This document shows, piece after piece, positions 48,837-57,827 of a stretch of DNA of 64,000 nucleotides; within the stretch, counting starts at the first letter, position 1, and each line of letters starts with the position of its first letter. The notes below the pieces were generated by a model. That model ran no database searches and was not told where the DNA came from. It was given only the letters and a program-made list of their open reading frames with translations. The position numbers were made by a program, and so were the translations under genes. Source of the stretch: Flavobacteriales bacterium UBA6770 (GTDB taxonomy: Bacteria; Bacteroidota; Bacteroidia; Flavobacteriales_G; Salibacteraceae); NCBI GenBank assembly GCA_905181875.1, contig CAJIZH010000003.1, positions 1,098,419-1,162,418 on the forward strand, read 5' to 3'.

Positions 48837-51593
48837 CTAACGGCGGGGTATTCTTAATTCAACTTTGGTTCCTTTCGGTTTGCCAAATTCATCTTTCAGG
48901 TCATGAAATTCAAATTGGAAATCGTTTTTGAACAGTTGTTTGAATACGGCCAAACGTTCTTGCGTAATTCTTAGTCCTTGCGATTTGTGCTTTGTTCCCA
49001 GTTTCCCAGCATGAAATTCGCGACCGACTCCATCATCCTCAATACAGCACAGCAAAGAATTGTCTGAAAGAAATTCTAGTGAAACTGTAATATTTCCTTT
49101 TCCTTCTCTAGGTAAAATGCCATGCAAAATAGCATTTTCTACAAAAGGTTGAATCAGCATAGAAGGAATATGAGTAGTTTCTAATTCAATTTTCAGATCG
49201 ATGTTGAATTGGTATTGAAATCGATCACTAAATCTCATTTTTTCAAGTTCTAAGTATAGATCTAAGCTTGATAACACATCCTTAATAGGGACAAAGGTTT
49301 TATCGGAGTTATTAAGTACCAAACGCATTAGTTTGGCAAATTTGGTTAGGTATTTATTCGATTTTCGAATGTCGCTATCAATCAAGAAATTCTGAATTGA
49401 ATTAAGGCTATTAAAAATAAAATGAGGATTCATTTGAGCGCTCAACGCTCTAATTTTAAGGTCAGAGAGTTCATTTTCAATTTCCATTCTTTTTCTGGAT
49501 TTGTCCAATTGCCATCTTAAAACAGCATAAAATAGAACCGCAATCATTAAAGCTATAAGTGCATAAAACCAGGTGGTTTGGTAAAATGGAGGTCTAATCG
49601 TAAATGGGAATGAAGCGCTTTGATTTGACCACTCGCGGTCCCTGTTTTGGGCCTGAACTTCAAAGAAATAAGTGCCTGGTGGTAAGCTTTCATAGCGAAT
49701 AGTCCTCTGATGGGTATAAGACCATGAAGTATCGGAGTTTAATCGATAACGAAAATTTAGTTTATTTTTTTGAAAATAATCAAAGGCTAAAAGCTCGATT
49801 TGAATGTTTTGTTGATCGTAATTGAAAGTGTATTCTGCCTTTATTGAAACTGTTTTTCCATTCAGCTTAATTTCGGGTTCAATTGAAGGAATTAGCTGTT
49901 TGAGCCATTCTTTTTCGATAGTTAAAATACCTTTAGAAGTCGCAAGAATTAGTTGAGTGGTTGTTGATTCAATTGCAGTAATATCCTCAAAATTGAGTCC
50001 TTTGTATCTGTTAAATTGAATAATGGAATCAGCTTTAATTTGATTTAGACCAGATTTTGTTCCCACCCAAATCGAGGACATTTCCATAAATAAACTAGTA
50101 ATAAAATTATTGCTCAATCCGTTGGATTCATTTTTCCATGAGACATGGTCGTTTTCTAAAATCCCCAAACCGTTTCCGCTAGTTCCAAAAACAATGGAAT
50201 TATTGAATGCAGAAATGCATGAAATACTTTTGTTTAAAGTAGAATCTATCAACCTTATCTTATTATTTTTATATTCATACAAGCCATTTACAGTGCCTAG
50301 CCACAGATGATTATCAGCGACCTCAAGCAAGCAGTTTACCCGCTCTTGAAAGTCAATTTGGACTGAATTAAATACTTCTATATCGTTCTGGATTTTACTG
50401 AAATAGTATAATCCGCCGATCCAATATGTGTTTTCTTCTTTGCTTTTAGAAAATGCAATTCCTTTAAACGGGGCAATAAAATCACTTTCGTCAAACTGAT
50501 TTTCTGTAAGTACCTTAAAGCTATTTTTTGTAAAAAGGAGCTGGCTAATGTTGTCGTTAACATTTATTTCCCACTTTTTTTTCAAAGTTTTAAAAACAGA
50601 GAAATTGACAATACTATTATTTCTATTGTATGAAAAGAGATCGTTGTTTCGGATCAATAAGCCTCTAAAATCATTGTTCCCATCAGCCGTTAGGTTTGAA
50701 TAATATTGAATTTTTGAGGAGGGGATTTGGTACAGTCCATTGGAGAACGTTCCAAACCAGATACTACCATCTTTATCCTCTAGAATGCATGAAACCGCTT
50801 GTTTGCTCTCAATATTTAATGGTGTTTCAGTTAAAACTCCTTTTGAAAAGTATTTCAACCCTTGATAGGTGCCGACCCAAATATTTTGCTCAGAGTCGAG
50901 TAATAGAGCTTTTGTAACTCGAGTGTTTAAGGTAATTTTAGTTGCCAATTGTTGGTCAAGCAGAACGACGAGTTCCTTGTTGCCTGAAACAACCACTTTA
51001 TCGTTTAGATTGCTTAAAGCTCGAATTTGATCGGGTAATAAAGAGGAATTATCGGAGCAGTTTGCTACTTGAAAAAGGCCTGTTGCTGGATCAATCCAAT
51101 TTTTGTTTGCTGCTCGAATGGAAGAGACTTCACCATTAATAATTTGAATTCCCGAGTATGGATCATCGCAAGAGGTGTTTAAGCCCAATAGAAGCGTATC
51201 GTTTTCCATTGGATAAAAAGAAGTGATGAGTCTTTTTTGTAGGGTTTCGTTGAGCTTTTGATTATGGGCGTAATGATAAAAAGAGTCTTTGTAAAGTGTA
51301 AAAGTTTTATTGAACCCTAAAAACCAGATGGTTCCATCGGAGGCTACGTGCATTTGAACAATTGCATTATCAGAAAGCCCATCACTTTCTTTAAAGGAAA
51401 CCATTTGGGCTCCATCAAAACGCGAAACACCAGCATCAGTGGCAATCCAGATAAAGCCTTGTTGGTCTTGAACTACATCATACACTTGACTGCTAGGCAA
51501 CCCTTTATCGATTCCGTAGTTGGTTAGGAAGAAATTTTGAGCATTTCCGGAAAACGATACCGAGCAAAAAAAAAGAATTATGAAAACCTTCAT
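48837..51593 (-). CDS. hybrid-architecture sensor histidine kinase: periplasmic two-component-regulator-propeller repeats + Y_Y_Y domain + TM + LytS/YehU-type His_kinase + HATPase_c
   Basis: Signal peptide, repeated propeller-like segments (IW.GT..GL), a Y_Y_Y-like region (FRYRLNSDTSWSY...PGTYFFEVQAQN), a TM helix, the NPHFIFNSLNSI motif and a C-terminal ATPase. Confidence 0.9.
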   Translation of the reverse strand: MKVFIILFFCSVSFSGNAQNFFLTNYGIDKGLPSSQVYDVVQDQQGFIWIATDAGVSRFDGAQMVSFKESDGLSDNAIVQMHVASDGTIWFLGFNKTFTLYKDSFYHYAHNQKLNETLQKRLITSFYPMENDTLLLGLNTSCDDPYSGIQIINGEVSSIRAANKNWIDPATGLFQVANCSDNSSLLPDQIRALSNLNDKVVVSGNKELVVLLDQQLATKITLNTRVTKALLLDSEQNIWVGTYQGLKYFSKGVLTETPLNIESKQAVSCILEDKDGSIWFGTFSNGLYQIPSSKIQYYSNLTADGNNDFRGLLIRNNDLFSYNRNNSIVNFSVFKTLKKKWEINVNDNISQLLFTKNSFKVLTENQFDESDFIAPFKGIAFSKSKEENTYWIGGLYYFSKIQNDIEVFNSVQIDFQERVNCLLEVADNHLWLGTVNGLYEYKNNKIRLIDSTLNKSISCISAFNNSIVFGTSGNGLGILENDHVSWKNESNGLSNNFITSLFMEMSSIWVGTKSGLNQIKADSIIQFNRYKGLNFEDITAIESTTTQLILATSKGILTIEKEWLKQLIPSIEPEIKLNGKTVSIKAEYTFNYDQQNIQIELLAFDYFQKNKLNFRYRLNSDTSWSYTHQRTIRYESLPPGTYFFEVQAQNRDREWSNQSASFPFTIRPPFYQTTWFYALIALMIAVLFYAVLRWQLDKSRKRMEIENELSDLKIRALSAQMNPHFIFNSLNSIQNFLIDSDIRKSNKYLTKFAKLMRLVLNNSDKTFVPIKDVLSSLDLYLELEKMRFSDRFQYQFNIDLKIELETTHIPSMLIQPFVENAILHGILPREGKGNITVSLEFLSDNSLLCCIEDDGVGREFHAGKLGTKHKSQGLRITQERLAVFKQLFKNDFQFEFHDLKDEFGKPKGTKVELRIPRR

Positions 51594-51964
51594 TTAGAAA
51601 TTGATTTACCATACATCATTCTAAATACTACTTTTTGCAATTCCCGTTCTAAAATTAAGTGCGTAAATATAATAGCAGGATCAGTTTCTACGGCAGAATC
51701 AATTGCCTCTTTAACTTTCATTTCTGACACATCAATTTTGTAAAGAAGCTGTTCGACTCTGCCGTTTCCCTGTCTTATTAGTCTCTCGATGACTGGTGCC
51801 AACTTATCTAAAATGGCTTGATAAAGATTATTTCCGTGAACATCCCATTCAATATCAACTCGAAGCTCCAAATCTTTATTGATTTGACGTATCAGTTTCT
51901 CTAAAACTTCTTTACGAGTTTTGTACCCATTAAGGTCAATTTTATCTGTTGTTGTAGCTTTCAA
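51590..51964 (-). CDS. hypothetical helical protein (124 aa), translationally coupled to the sensor kinase
   Basis: TTG-initiated ORF whose TGA overlaps the kinase ATG (ATGA at 51590-51593). I recognise no family. Confidence 0.45.
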   Translation of the reverse strand: MKATTTDKIDLNGYKTRKEVLEKLIRQINKDLELRVDIEWDVHGNNLYQAILDKLAPVIERLIRQGNGRVEQLLYKIDVSEMKVKEAIDSAVETDPAIIFTHLILERELQKVVFRMMYGKSISK

Positions 51965-52012
51965 CTTTTGTATAAACTAATTGTTCTGTAATCAAAACGA
52001 AGTTATAAAGAT

Positions 52013-52924
52013 ATGGCTACTATACTTATTACTGGAGGTACTGGTCTTGTAGGAAATCATTTGACCAAATGTCTAATTGAAAAAGGCCACAAGGTCAGAA
52101 TTCTAACTAGAAGTGCAAAACAGTCTAAAAATAGAGTAGACTATTACCGCTGGGATGTTAAGCACAATGAAATAGACAAAAATGCATTGTTGGGAATTGA
52201 CAGCATTATTCATTTAGCCGGTGCCGGAGTTGCAGATGGTACATGGAATGACACTTATAAAAAGGAAATAATCGATAGTAGGGTCGATTCTATTCAGTTA
52301 CTATTGAAGAAGTGTAAAGAACTAAAATCTTTTCCAAAATCGGTAATATCCGCATCTGGAACGGCATTTTATGGATTCGATAACTCTGAAAAGATTTACG
52401 ATGAAAGAGCTGAAGCTGGCAGAGGTTTTCTGACAGAAGTATCCGAAAAGTGGGAAAAAGCTTCAGCAGGTTTTGAGCAGCATGATGTGCGAAGAGTAAT
52501 ATTTAGAATTGGAGTGGTCCTAAGTGATAAAGGCGGAGCGTTAAAGCCTATTAAAATCCCTTTTCAATTCGGTATTGGTTCGGCAATGGGAACAGGAAAA
52601 CAACCCTTACCGTGGATACATATTGACGATTTGACTAGTGGGCTGCTCTTGGGAATTGAGAACAAAGAAGTATCCGGGACATACAACGCCGTGGCTCCTC
52701 AAAAGACTACAAATCAGGAGTTTTCAAAAATGCTTGCTCAAGAAATGAAACGTCCGTTTTGGGCTCCAAATATTCCTTCTGTTGTTTTAAGGATAATTTT
52801 AGGAAAAGAAAAAGCCGATGAAATACTGTTGAATGGAGCTCATGTTTCTTCAAAGAAGTTAGAGGAAGCAGGATTTAAGTTCCAATATCCCAATTTAAGT
52901 TCAGCTTTCAGGAGTTTATTATAA
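52013..52924 (+). CDS. TIGR01777/YfcH-type NAD-dependent epimerase-like protein (SDR fold + DUF1731)
   Basis: ILITGGTGLVG Rossmann motif, about 300 aa, C-terminal DUF1731-like segment. Confidence 0.8.
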   Translation: MATILITGGTGLVGNHLTKCLIEKGHKVRILTRSAKQSKNRVDYYRWDVKHNEIDKNALLGIDSIIHLAGAGVADGTWNDTYKKEIIDSRVDSIQLLLKKCKELKSFPKSVISASGTAFYGFDNSEKIYDERAEAGRGFLTEVSEKWEKASAGFEQHDVRRVIFRIGVVLSDKGGALKPIKIPFQFGIGSAMGTGKQPLPWIHIDDLTSGLLLGIENKEVSGTYNAVAPQKTTNQEFSKMLAQEMKRPFWAPNIPSVVLRIILGKEKADEILLNGAHVSSKKLEEAGFKFQYPNLSSAFRSLL

Positions 52925-53914
52925 CTCTCTAACCATTAAGCTTTCTGCGAAATTTTTTAAAATTTTCTTACGACTATCTTCTACTGAGATGCTATTGAGT
53001 GCAATACCCGCGCTAACGTAGAAAGTATTCATATCTGCCTTTGCTCGATTTCTTATATCCAAATTGTCAAAAATGGCTTTTACTTGTTTGATTTTTTCAG
53101 CGTTCTCGATATTGGTATTATTGTAAATATCCACCAATTCACTTTTCTGGCTTTCATTTGCAATAGCATGAGCTTTAGCAAATAAATAAGTCTTTTTACA
53201 GGCCATTACATCTCCGCCAACCTGTTTTCCGAATTTTTCTGGATCTCCGTACAAGTCTAATATATCGTCTTGAAGTTGGAAGGCAATTCCAAAGTTTTTC
53301 CCAAATTCAAATATCAGATCTAAGTCAATATCCGAAGCACCAGCTATTGTTGCACCTAGTCTAAGACTTTCCCCTAATAAAACTGCTGTTTTGAGCTCAA
53401 TCATCCCAAGGTATTCTGCCAAGCTAACCGTGGGTTTTTGCTCAAAATTCATGTCATATTGTTGACCCTCACATACCTGAAGTGCCGTTCTACTGAAATT
53501 AGAAAACAGAACATCTAAGCGAGTTCCGGCATTTTTACTCAAATATTGGTAAGCCAATATCATCATGGCATCACCAGATAGAATTCCGGTGTTTTCGTCC
53601 CACTTTTTGTGCACAGTAGAATGACCTCTTCTTAGTGGTGCTTCGTCCATTATATCGTCATGAACTAAAGTAAAATTGTGAAAAACCTCAACTGCAATAG
53701 CTTGGTTTATTGCATCGCCTGGTGATTTACCAAAAAGTTCAGCAGCGGCTAGAGTGCAGACTGGTCGCACCCGCTTACCACCCAATTGCATGATATAATG
53801 AATGGGCTCATAGAGCCGTTCCGGTTGGTTGGTAAATTCAGTAAGTTGAATCTTTTCTTCGAAAAAACTTCTTAATTCTTCAATAGATTGTTGCAGTGGT
53901 AAATCGTTTGCCAT
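52919..53914 (-). CDS. polyprenyl diphosphate synthase (trans-IPPS family)
   Basis: First and second Asp-rich motifs LVHDDIMD and QLQDDILD. Confidence 0.85.
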   Translation of the reverse strand: MANDLPLQQSIEELRSFFEEKIQLTEFTNQPERLYEPIHYIMQLGGKRVRPVCTLAAAELFGKSPGDAINQAIAVEVFHNFTLVHDDIMDEAPLRRGHSTVHKKWDENTGILSGDAMMILAYQYLSKNAGTRLDVLFSNFSRTALQVCEGQQYDMNFEQKPTVSLAEYLGMIELKTAVLLGESLRLGATIAGASDIDLDLIFEFGKNFGIAFQLQDDILDLYGDPEKFGKQVGGDVMACKKTYLFAKAHAIANESQKSELVDIYNNTNIENAEKIKQVKAIFDNLDIRNRAKADMNTFYVSAGIALNSISVEDSRKKILKNFAESLMVREL

Positions 53915-54778
53915 TTAGTCGTCAAGTAGTGTTAGTAGGTATTTTCCGTAACCACTCTTAACCAGTGGCTTTGCAATTTGTTCAAGTTGTTCACTATTAA
54001 TGAACTTCATTCGCCAAGCAATTTCTTCAATACAAGAAATTTTCGTCCCTTGTCTTTTCTCAATAACCTCAACGTACTGACTCGCTTGATTCAATGAATC
54101 AATAGTTCCAGTATCTAACCAAGCGGTGCCTCTATCTAGAATGCTCACTTGCAGTCTACCCTGCTCTAAATAGGCTTTGTTTACGTCTGTTATTTCATAT
54201 TCTCCACGTGGAGATGGCTTTAAGTTTTTGGCAATATCCACAACGGTATTGTCATAGAAATAGAGCCCTGGAACCGCATAATGAGACTTCGGCTTTTCTG
54301 GTTTCTCTTCAATAGAAAGAGCGATATTATTTTCATCGAAATCAACTACACCATACCGTTCAGGATCGGATACTCGGTATGCGAAAATAACTCCACCATT
54401 AGGCTTGTTGCAAGCTCTTAATTTTGTTGGTAAGCCCGTGCCGTAGAAAATATTATCACCTAAAATCAATGCAACATCGTCATCACCAATAAAGTCTTCT
54501 CCTATTACAAAAGCTTGAGCAAGTCCATTAGGGATTTCCTGAATTGCGTATTCAAAATTGCAACCAAGACTTTTTCCATCACCCAAAAGCTTTTCAAACA
54601 AGGGTAAATCGTGTGGAGTAGAAATAATAAGAATGTCTCTAATCCCAGCTAACATTAATAACGAAAGTGGATAATAAATCATCGGCTTATCGTAAATTGG
54701 CATAAGCTGCTTGCTAATTGCCAACGTAAGGGGGTGAAGACGTGTGCCAGAACCTCCGGCTAGAATAATTCCTTTCAT
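53915..54778 (-). CDS. rfbA: glucose-1-phosphate thymidylyltransferase
   Basis: [18 protein letters not shown] start and an overall RmlA pattern. I chose the ATG at 54778 over the upstream extension. Confidence 0.9.
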   Translation of the reverse strand: MKGIILAGGSGTRLHPLTLAISKQLMPIYDKPMIYYPLSLLMLAGIRDILIISTPHDLPLFEKLLGDGKSLGCNFEYAIQEIPNGLAQAFVIGEDFIGDDDVALILGDNIFYGTGLPTKLRACNKPNGGVIFAYRVSDPERYGVVDFDENNIALSIEEKPEKPKSHYAVPGLYFYDNTVVDIAKNLKPSPRGEYEITDVNKAYLEQGRLQVSILDRGTAWLDTGTIDSLNQASQYVEVIEKRQGTKISCIEEIAWRMKFINSEQLEQIAKPLVKSGYGKYLLTLLDD

Positions 54779-54798
54779 GGTAAATTTTTTAATGACGA

Positions 54799-54806
54799 CA
54801 AAAGTA
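54799..54806 (-). promoter_or_regulatory. candidate -7 box (TACTTTTG on minus strand) for rfbA
   Basis: The plus-strand CAAAAGTA is the reverse complement of TACTTTTG, 20 nt upstream of the ATG at 54778. Confidence 0.4.
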
Positions 54807-54824
54807 ATTGATATTTTTAGGGTC

Positions 54825-54889
54825 ACCCTGAACTTGTTTCAGGGTCTCATGTAGTAGATTATTTGGAGATGCTGAACTAAATTCAGCAT
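54825..54889. repeat. pair of related 8-bp-stem palindromes (REP-like element)
   Basis: ACCCTGAA-CTTGT-TTCAGGGT at 54825-54845 and ATGCTGAA-CTAAA-TTCAGCAT at 54869-54889. Both are built on a CTGAAC...TTCAG core. Confidence 0.6.
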
Positions 54890-54911
54890 GACACAGCGAA
54901 CTTATTTATTA

Positions 54912-55364
54912 TTAAAACTCCACTTTACAATTGAGCCATTCCTCATCAATAATTGCTTTATGTTTTTTATAGAAATTAATTGCCGGTTCGTTCCAATCCA
55001 ATACTTGCCATTCAAGACGTTTAACTCCAGCTTTTTCCGAAATAGAAATGAGTTCTTTTAGTAATATACTTCCAATTCCATTCATGCGTTCGCTCTCTTT
55101 TACAATAATATCTTCTAGATACAAACAGCGACCTTTCCAGGTGGAGTATTTGGTGTAATACAAGGCTATTCCAGCAACTTTTCCGTCTTTTTCTGCAACC
55201 AGAAAATCAAAAATTGAATTTTCTCCAAAACCATCTTCGAGCAAGATTTTTTTGGTTACAATTACTGCTTCGGGCTCTTTTTCGTAGGCAGCTAATTCTT
55301 TAATAAGGTCCAGTAATTCTGGAATATCTGAAGGTGTTCCTTTTCGGAGGTGAATGTTGTTCAT
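54912..55364 (-). CDS. GNAT-family N-acetyltransferase (diamine/spermidine acetyltransferase-like)
   Basis: Acetyl-CoA-binding pattern (LEDIIV....R..GIGS.LL) in about 150 aa. I chose the ATG at 55364. Confidence 0.8.
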   Translation of the reverse strand: MNNIHLRKGTPSDIPELLDLIKELAAYEKEPEAVIVTKKILLEDGFGENSIFDFLVAEKDGKVAGIALYYTKYSTWKGRCLYLEDIIVKESERMNGIGSILLKELISISEKAGVKRLEWQVLDWNEPAINFYKKHKAIIDEEWLNCKVEF

Positions 55365-55435
55365 TCCACAAATATGATAAAAGTAAGGCACGAGCAATAC
55401 CCTTAGTTCTATAGGTTCAATTCATAGAACCCCAT

Positions 55436-55443
55436 TATATTTG
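55436..55443 (+). promoter_or_regulatory. candidate -7 box (TATATTTG) for fbp
   Basis: Matches TAnnTTTG, 18 nt upstream of the ATG at 55462. Confidence 0.45.
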
Positions 55444-55461
55444 TAAACCGAAACAAAAGCT

Positions 55462-56442
55462 ATGATTGCAGTTACTACCCTCGACGAATTTATAATTGAC
55501 AGACAAGATGATTTCCCATTTGCCACTGGTGATCTTTCTAGATTGCTTAGAGACATTGGGTTTGCTTCTAAAATCGTAAACAGAGAGGTAAACATGGCTG
55601 GCCTTGTTGATTTGGCAGGTGCTGTAGGATCTGAAAACATTCAAGGAGAAGAGCAACAGAAACTAGATGTTTTGGCTGATGAAGTTTTTATTAAAGCGCT
55701 AAAGTATGGTGGTGAAGTTTGTGGAATTGCTTCAGAAGAAAAAGATGATTTCATTGCTTTTGAAAATGAAAAATCAATCCAAGGAAAATATGTTTTAGCA
55801 ATGGATCCTCTAGACGGCTCATCAAACATTGATGTGAACGTATCTATAGGAACTATTTTTTCAATTTATCGAAGAAAAACGGCTGCAGGAACTATTGCAA
55901 CTATGGAAGACTTTCTTCAGCCTGGAACAGAGCAGGTTGCTGCAGGTTATGTGTTGTATGGTTCTTCTTCAATGTTGGTGTATACAACGGGAAATGGCGT
56001 AAATGGATTCACTTTGGACCCTTCAATTGGGGAGTTCTGTTTATCGCATGCTAATATGAAAACATCGAAAGACGGTAAGATATTTTCAATGAATGAAGGG
56101 AATTATCACCTTTCTCACAAAGGAATTCAAACGTACTTGGACAAGTGTAAATTAGAAGAAAAGACGGGTCGTTACATTGGTTCTTTAGTAGCCGATTTTC
56201 ACCGAAATTTAATAAAAGGCGGAGTATATTTATACCCTTCAACGACTAAAGCACCTAACGGAAAATTGAGGTTGTTGTACGAATGCAATCCTTTAGCTTT
56301 TATTGCTGAACAAGCCGGCGGAAAGGCTTCTGATGGGTATACAAGAACAATGGAAATAGAGCCAACAGAATTGCACCAGCGATGCGCTTATTACGTGGGT
56401 TCTGCGAAGATGGTCGACGAGATTGAGGTGTTGTTGAAGTAA
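55462..56442 (+). CDS. fbp: class 1 fructose-1,6-bisphosphatase
   Basis: [14 protein letters not shown] and YECNP..F..E.AGG motifs. Confidence 0.95.
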   Translation: MIAVTTLDEFIIDRQDDFPFATGDLSRLLRDIGFASKIVNREVNMAGLVDLAGAVGSENIQGEEQQKLDVLADEVFIKALKYGGEVCGIASEEKDDFIAFENEKSIQGKYVLAMDPLDGSSNIDVNVSIGTIFSIYRRKTAAGTIATMEDFLQPGTEQVAAGYVLYGSSSMLVYTTGNGVNGFTLDPSIGEFCLSHANMKTSKDGKIFSMNEGNYHLSHKGIQTYLDKCKLEEKTGRYIGSLVADFHRNLIKGGVYLYPSTTKAPNGKLRLLYECNPLAFIAEQAGGKASDGYTRTMEIEPTELHQRCAYYVGSAKMVDEIEVLLK

Positions 56443-56452
56443 AATTAATAAA

Positions 56453-56563
56453 CCTTCCCCGTCCGCTTAGGCGGACACCCCTCACGTTGGAGGGGACTTC
56501 TAGCAGAAGTATTCTAATTTGATCCTTCCCAACGGGGAAGGTGGCACAAAGTGACGGAAGGGG
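56453..56563. repeat. cluster of three GC-rich hairpins built on CCTTCCC(C)/GGGGAAGG motifs
   Basis: GTCCGC-TTAG-GCGGAC at 56461-56476, CCCCTC-ACGTTG-GAGGGG at 56478-56495 and CCTTCCC-AACG-GGGAAGG at 56524-56541. Extra copies of the motif lie at 56453-56460 and 56556-56563. The cluster contrasts strongly with the AT-rich surroundings. Confidence 0.55.
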
Positions 56564-56677
56564 TTCTTCATTATTATAGTTGTTTGTTTTATTTCTGATA
56601 ATAAACGCTAATGTCACTCTAAATACTGAAGATTACTGAATCAATCCCTTCCTTTGTGAGCTCAAAAGAATTACGAA

Positions 56678-57730
56678 ATGGAAACAGTACATCAAGAAGT
56701 TCAAGATTATTACGGAAAGGAATTAGCATCTACAGAAGATTTGAAAACCAATGCCTGTTGCACATTAACTGCTCCGCCAAAATATATAATGGATGCATTG
56801 CGAGAAGTTCACGATGAAGTTCAGGCTAAGTATTACGGTTGCGGACTCACTATTCCTTTTGATATAGAAGGGCTTAGAATTTTAGACTTAGGTTCTGGAA
56901 GCGGAAGAGATTGTTATATCGCTAGTAAACTAGTTGGTCCAAACGGATATGTCGTGGGAGTTGACATGACAAACGAGCAATTGGATGTTGCCAATCGCCA
57001 CGTTGATTATCATACGGAGAAATTTGGCTATGATAAGCCTAATATCGAGTTTGTAAAAGGAAATATTGAAGAACTAGATAAGTTAGGATTAGAAAAAGGA
57101 AGTTTCGATTTAATTATTTCCAACTGCGTCGTAAATCTTGCCAAAGACAAACAAAAAGTATTGGACGATGCTTTTGATTTATTGAAACCAGGAGGAGAAA
57201 TGTACTTCTCAGATGTTTATAGCGATCGCAGAGTTTCACAAGAATTACAAAATGATCCTATCCTTTGGGGCGAATGTTTGAGCGGAGCATTGTATTGGAA
57301 CGACTTTTTGAATTTTGCTAAAAAAGCTGGATTTACGGATCCACGAGCGGTAGAGAATAAGCCCATTTCAATTGAGAACAAAGAGTTAGAAGAAAAAGTG
57401 GGAGACCTAAAGTTCTTCTCAGTTACCTATCGTTTGTTTAAAATTGAAGGCCTAGAATCGGACTGTGAAGATTACGGTCAGGCACTCACTTATAATGGTG
57501 GAATTACTGGTCAAGAGCACGGTTTTGAATTAGATGATCATCATTATTTTCCAAAAGGAAAAGTAATGTCAGTTTGCGGAAATACTTACAAAATGACACA
57601 TGATACCCGATTCAAATCCTGCTTCACTTTTTACGGAACTTGGGATACCCATTATGGAATATTTGAAGGTTGTGGTGGCGCGATGCCTTTTGCAACAGCT
57701 GGAATTGCTGCAGCCGAAGATTGCTGTTAG
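56678..57730 (+). CDS. arsM: arsenite S-adenosylmethionine methyltransferase (ArsM/AS3MT-like)
   Basis: Hallmark strings VQDYYG, DLKTNACC, YYGCG, ILDLGSGSGRDCY, ISNCVVNL, GGEMYFSDVY, LWGECLSGALYW and NKELE. The catalytic-type cysteines are present (C27/C28, C55, C150, C200 by my count). Confidence 0.85.
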   Translation: METVHQEVQDYYGKELASTEDLKTNACCTLTAPPKYIMDALREVHDEVQAKYYGCGLTIPFDIEGLRILDLGSGSGRDCYIASKLVGPNGYVVGVDMTNEQLDVANRHVDYHTEKFGYDKPNIEFVKGNIEELDKLGLEKGSFDLIISNCVVNLAKDKQKVLDDAFDLLKPGGEMYFSDVYSDRRVSQELQNDPILWGECLSGALYWNDFLNFAKKAGFTDPRAVENKPISIENKELEEKVGDLKFFSVTYRLFKIEGLESDCEDYGQALTYNGGITGQEHGFELDDHHYFPKGKVMSVCGNTYKMTHDTRFKSCFTFYGTWDTHYGIFEGCGGAMPFATAGIAAAEDCC

Positions 57731-57794
57731 CTGATTTAAAGTAAATCGTTTAGCTAATTCACACTAAAAATTAAGAGACTACAGCTGGCTTAAT

Positions 57795-57802
57795 TACATT
57801 TG
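57795..57802 (+). promoter_or_regulatory. candidate -7 box (TACATTTG) for mfd
   Basis: Matches TAnnTTTG, 25 nt upstream of the ATG at 57828. Confidence 0.4.
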
Positions 57803-57827
57803 CTGCCCTCGATTGTATTAAGAGCAC

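Noticed and set aside
56300-56617. 105-aa minus-strand ORF spanning the fbp 3' end and the GC-rich hairpin block
   Set aside because: It overlaps the fbp coding end. The remainder is kept open only by the GC-rich palindromes, and the product is Pro/Arg/Ser-rich nonsense. It is an artefact of the repeat.
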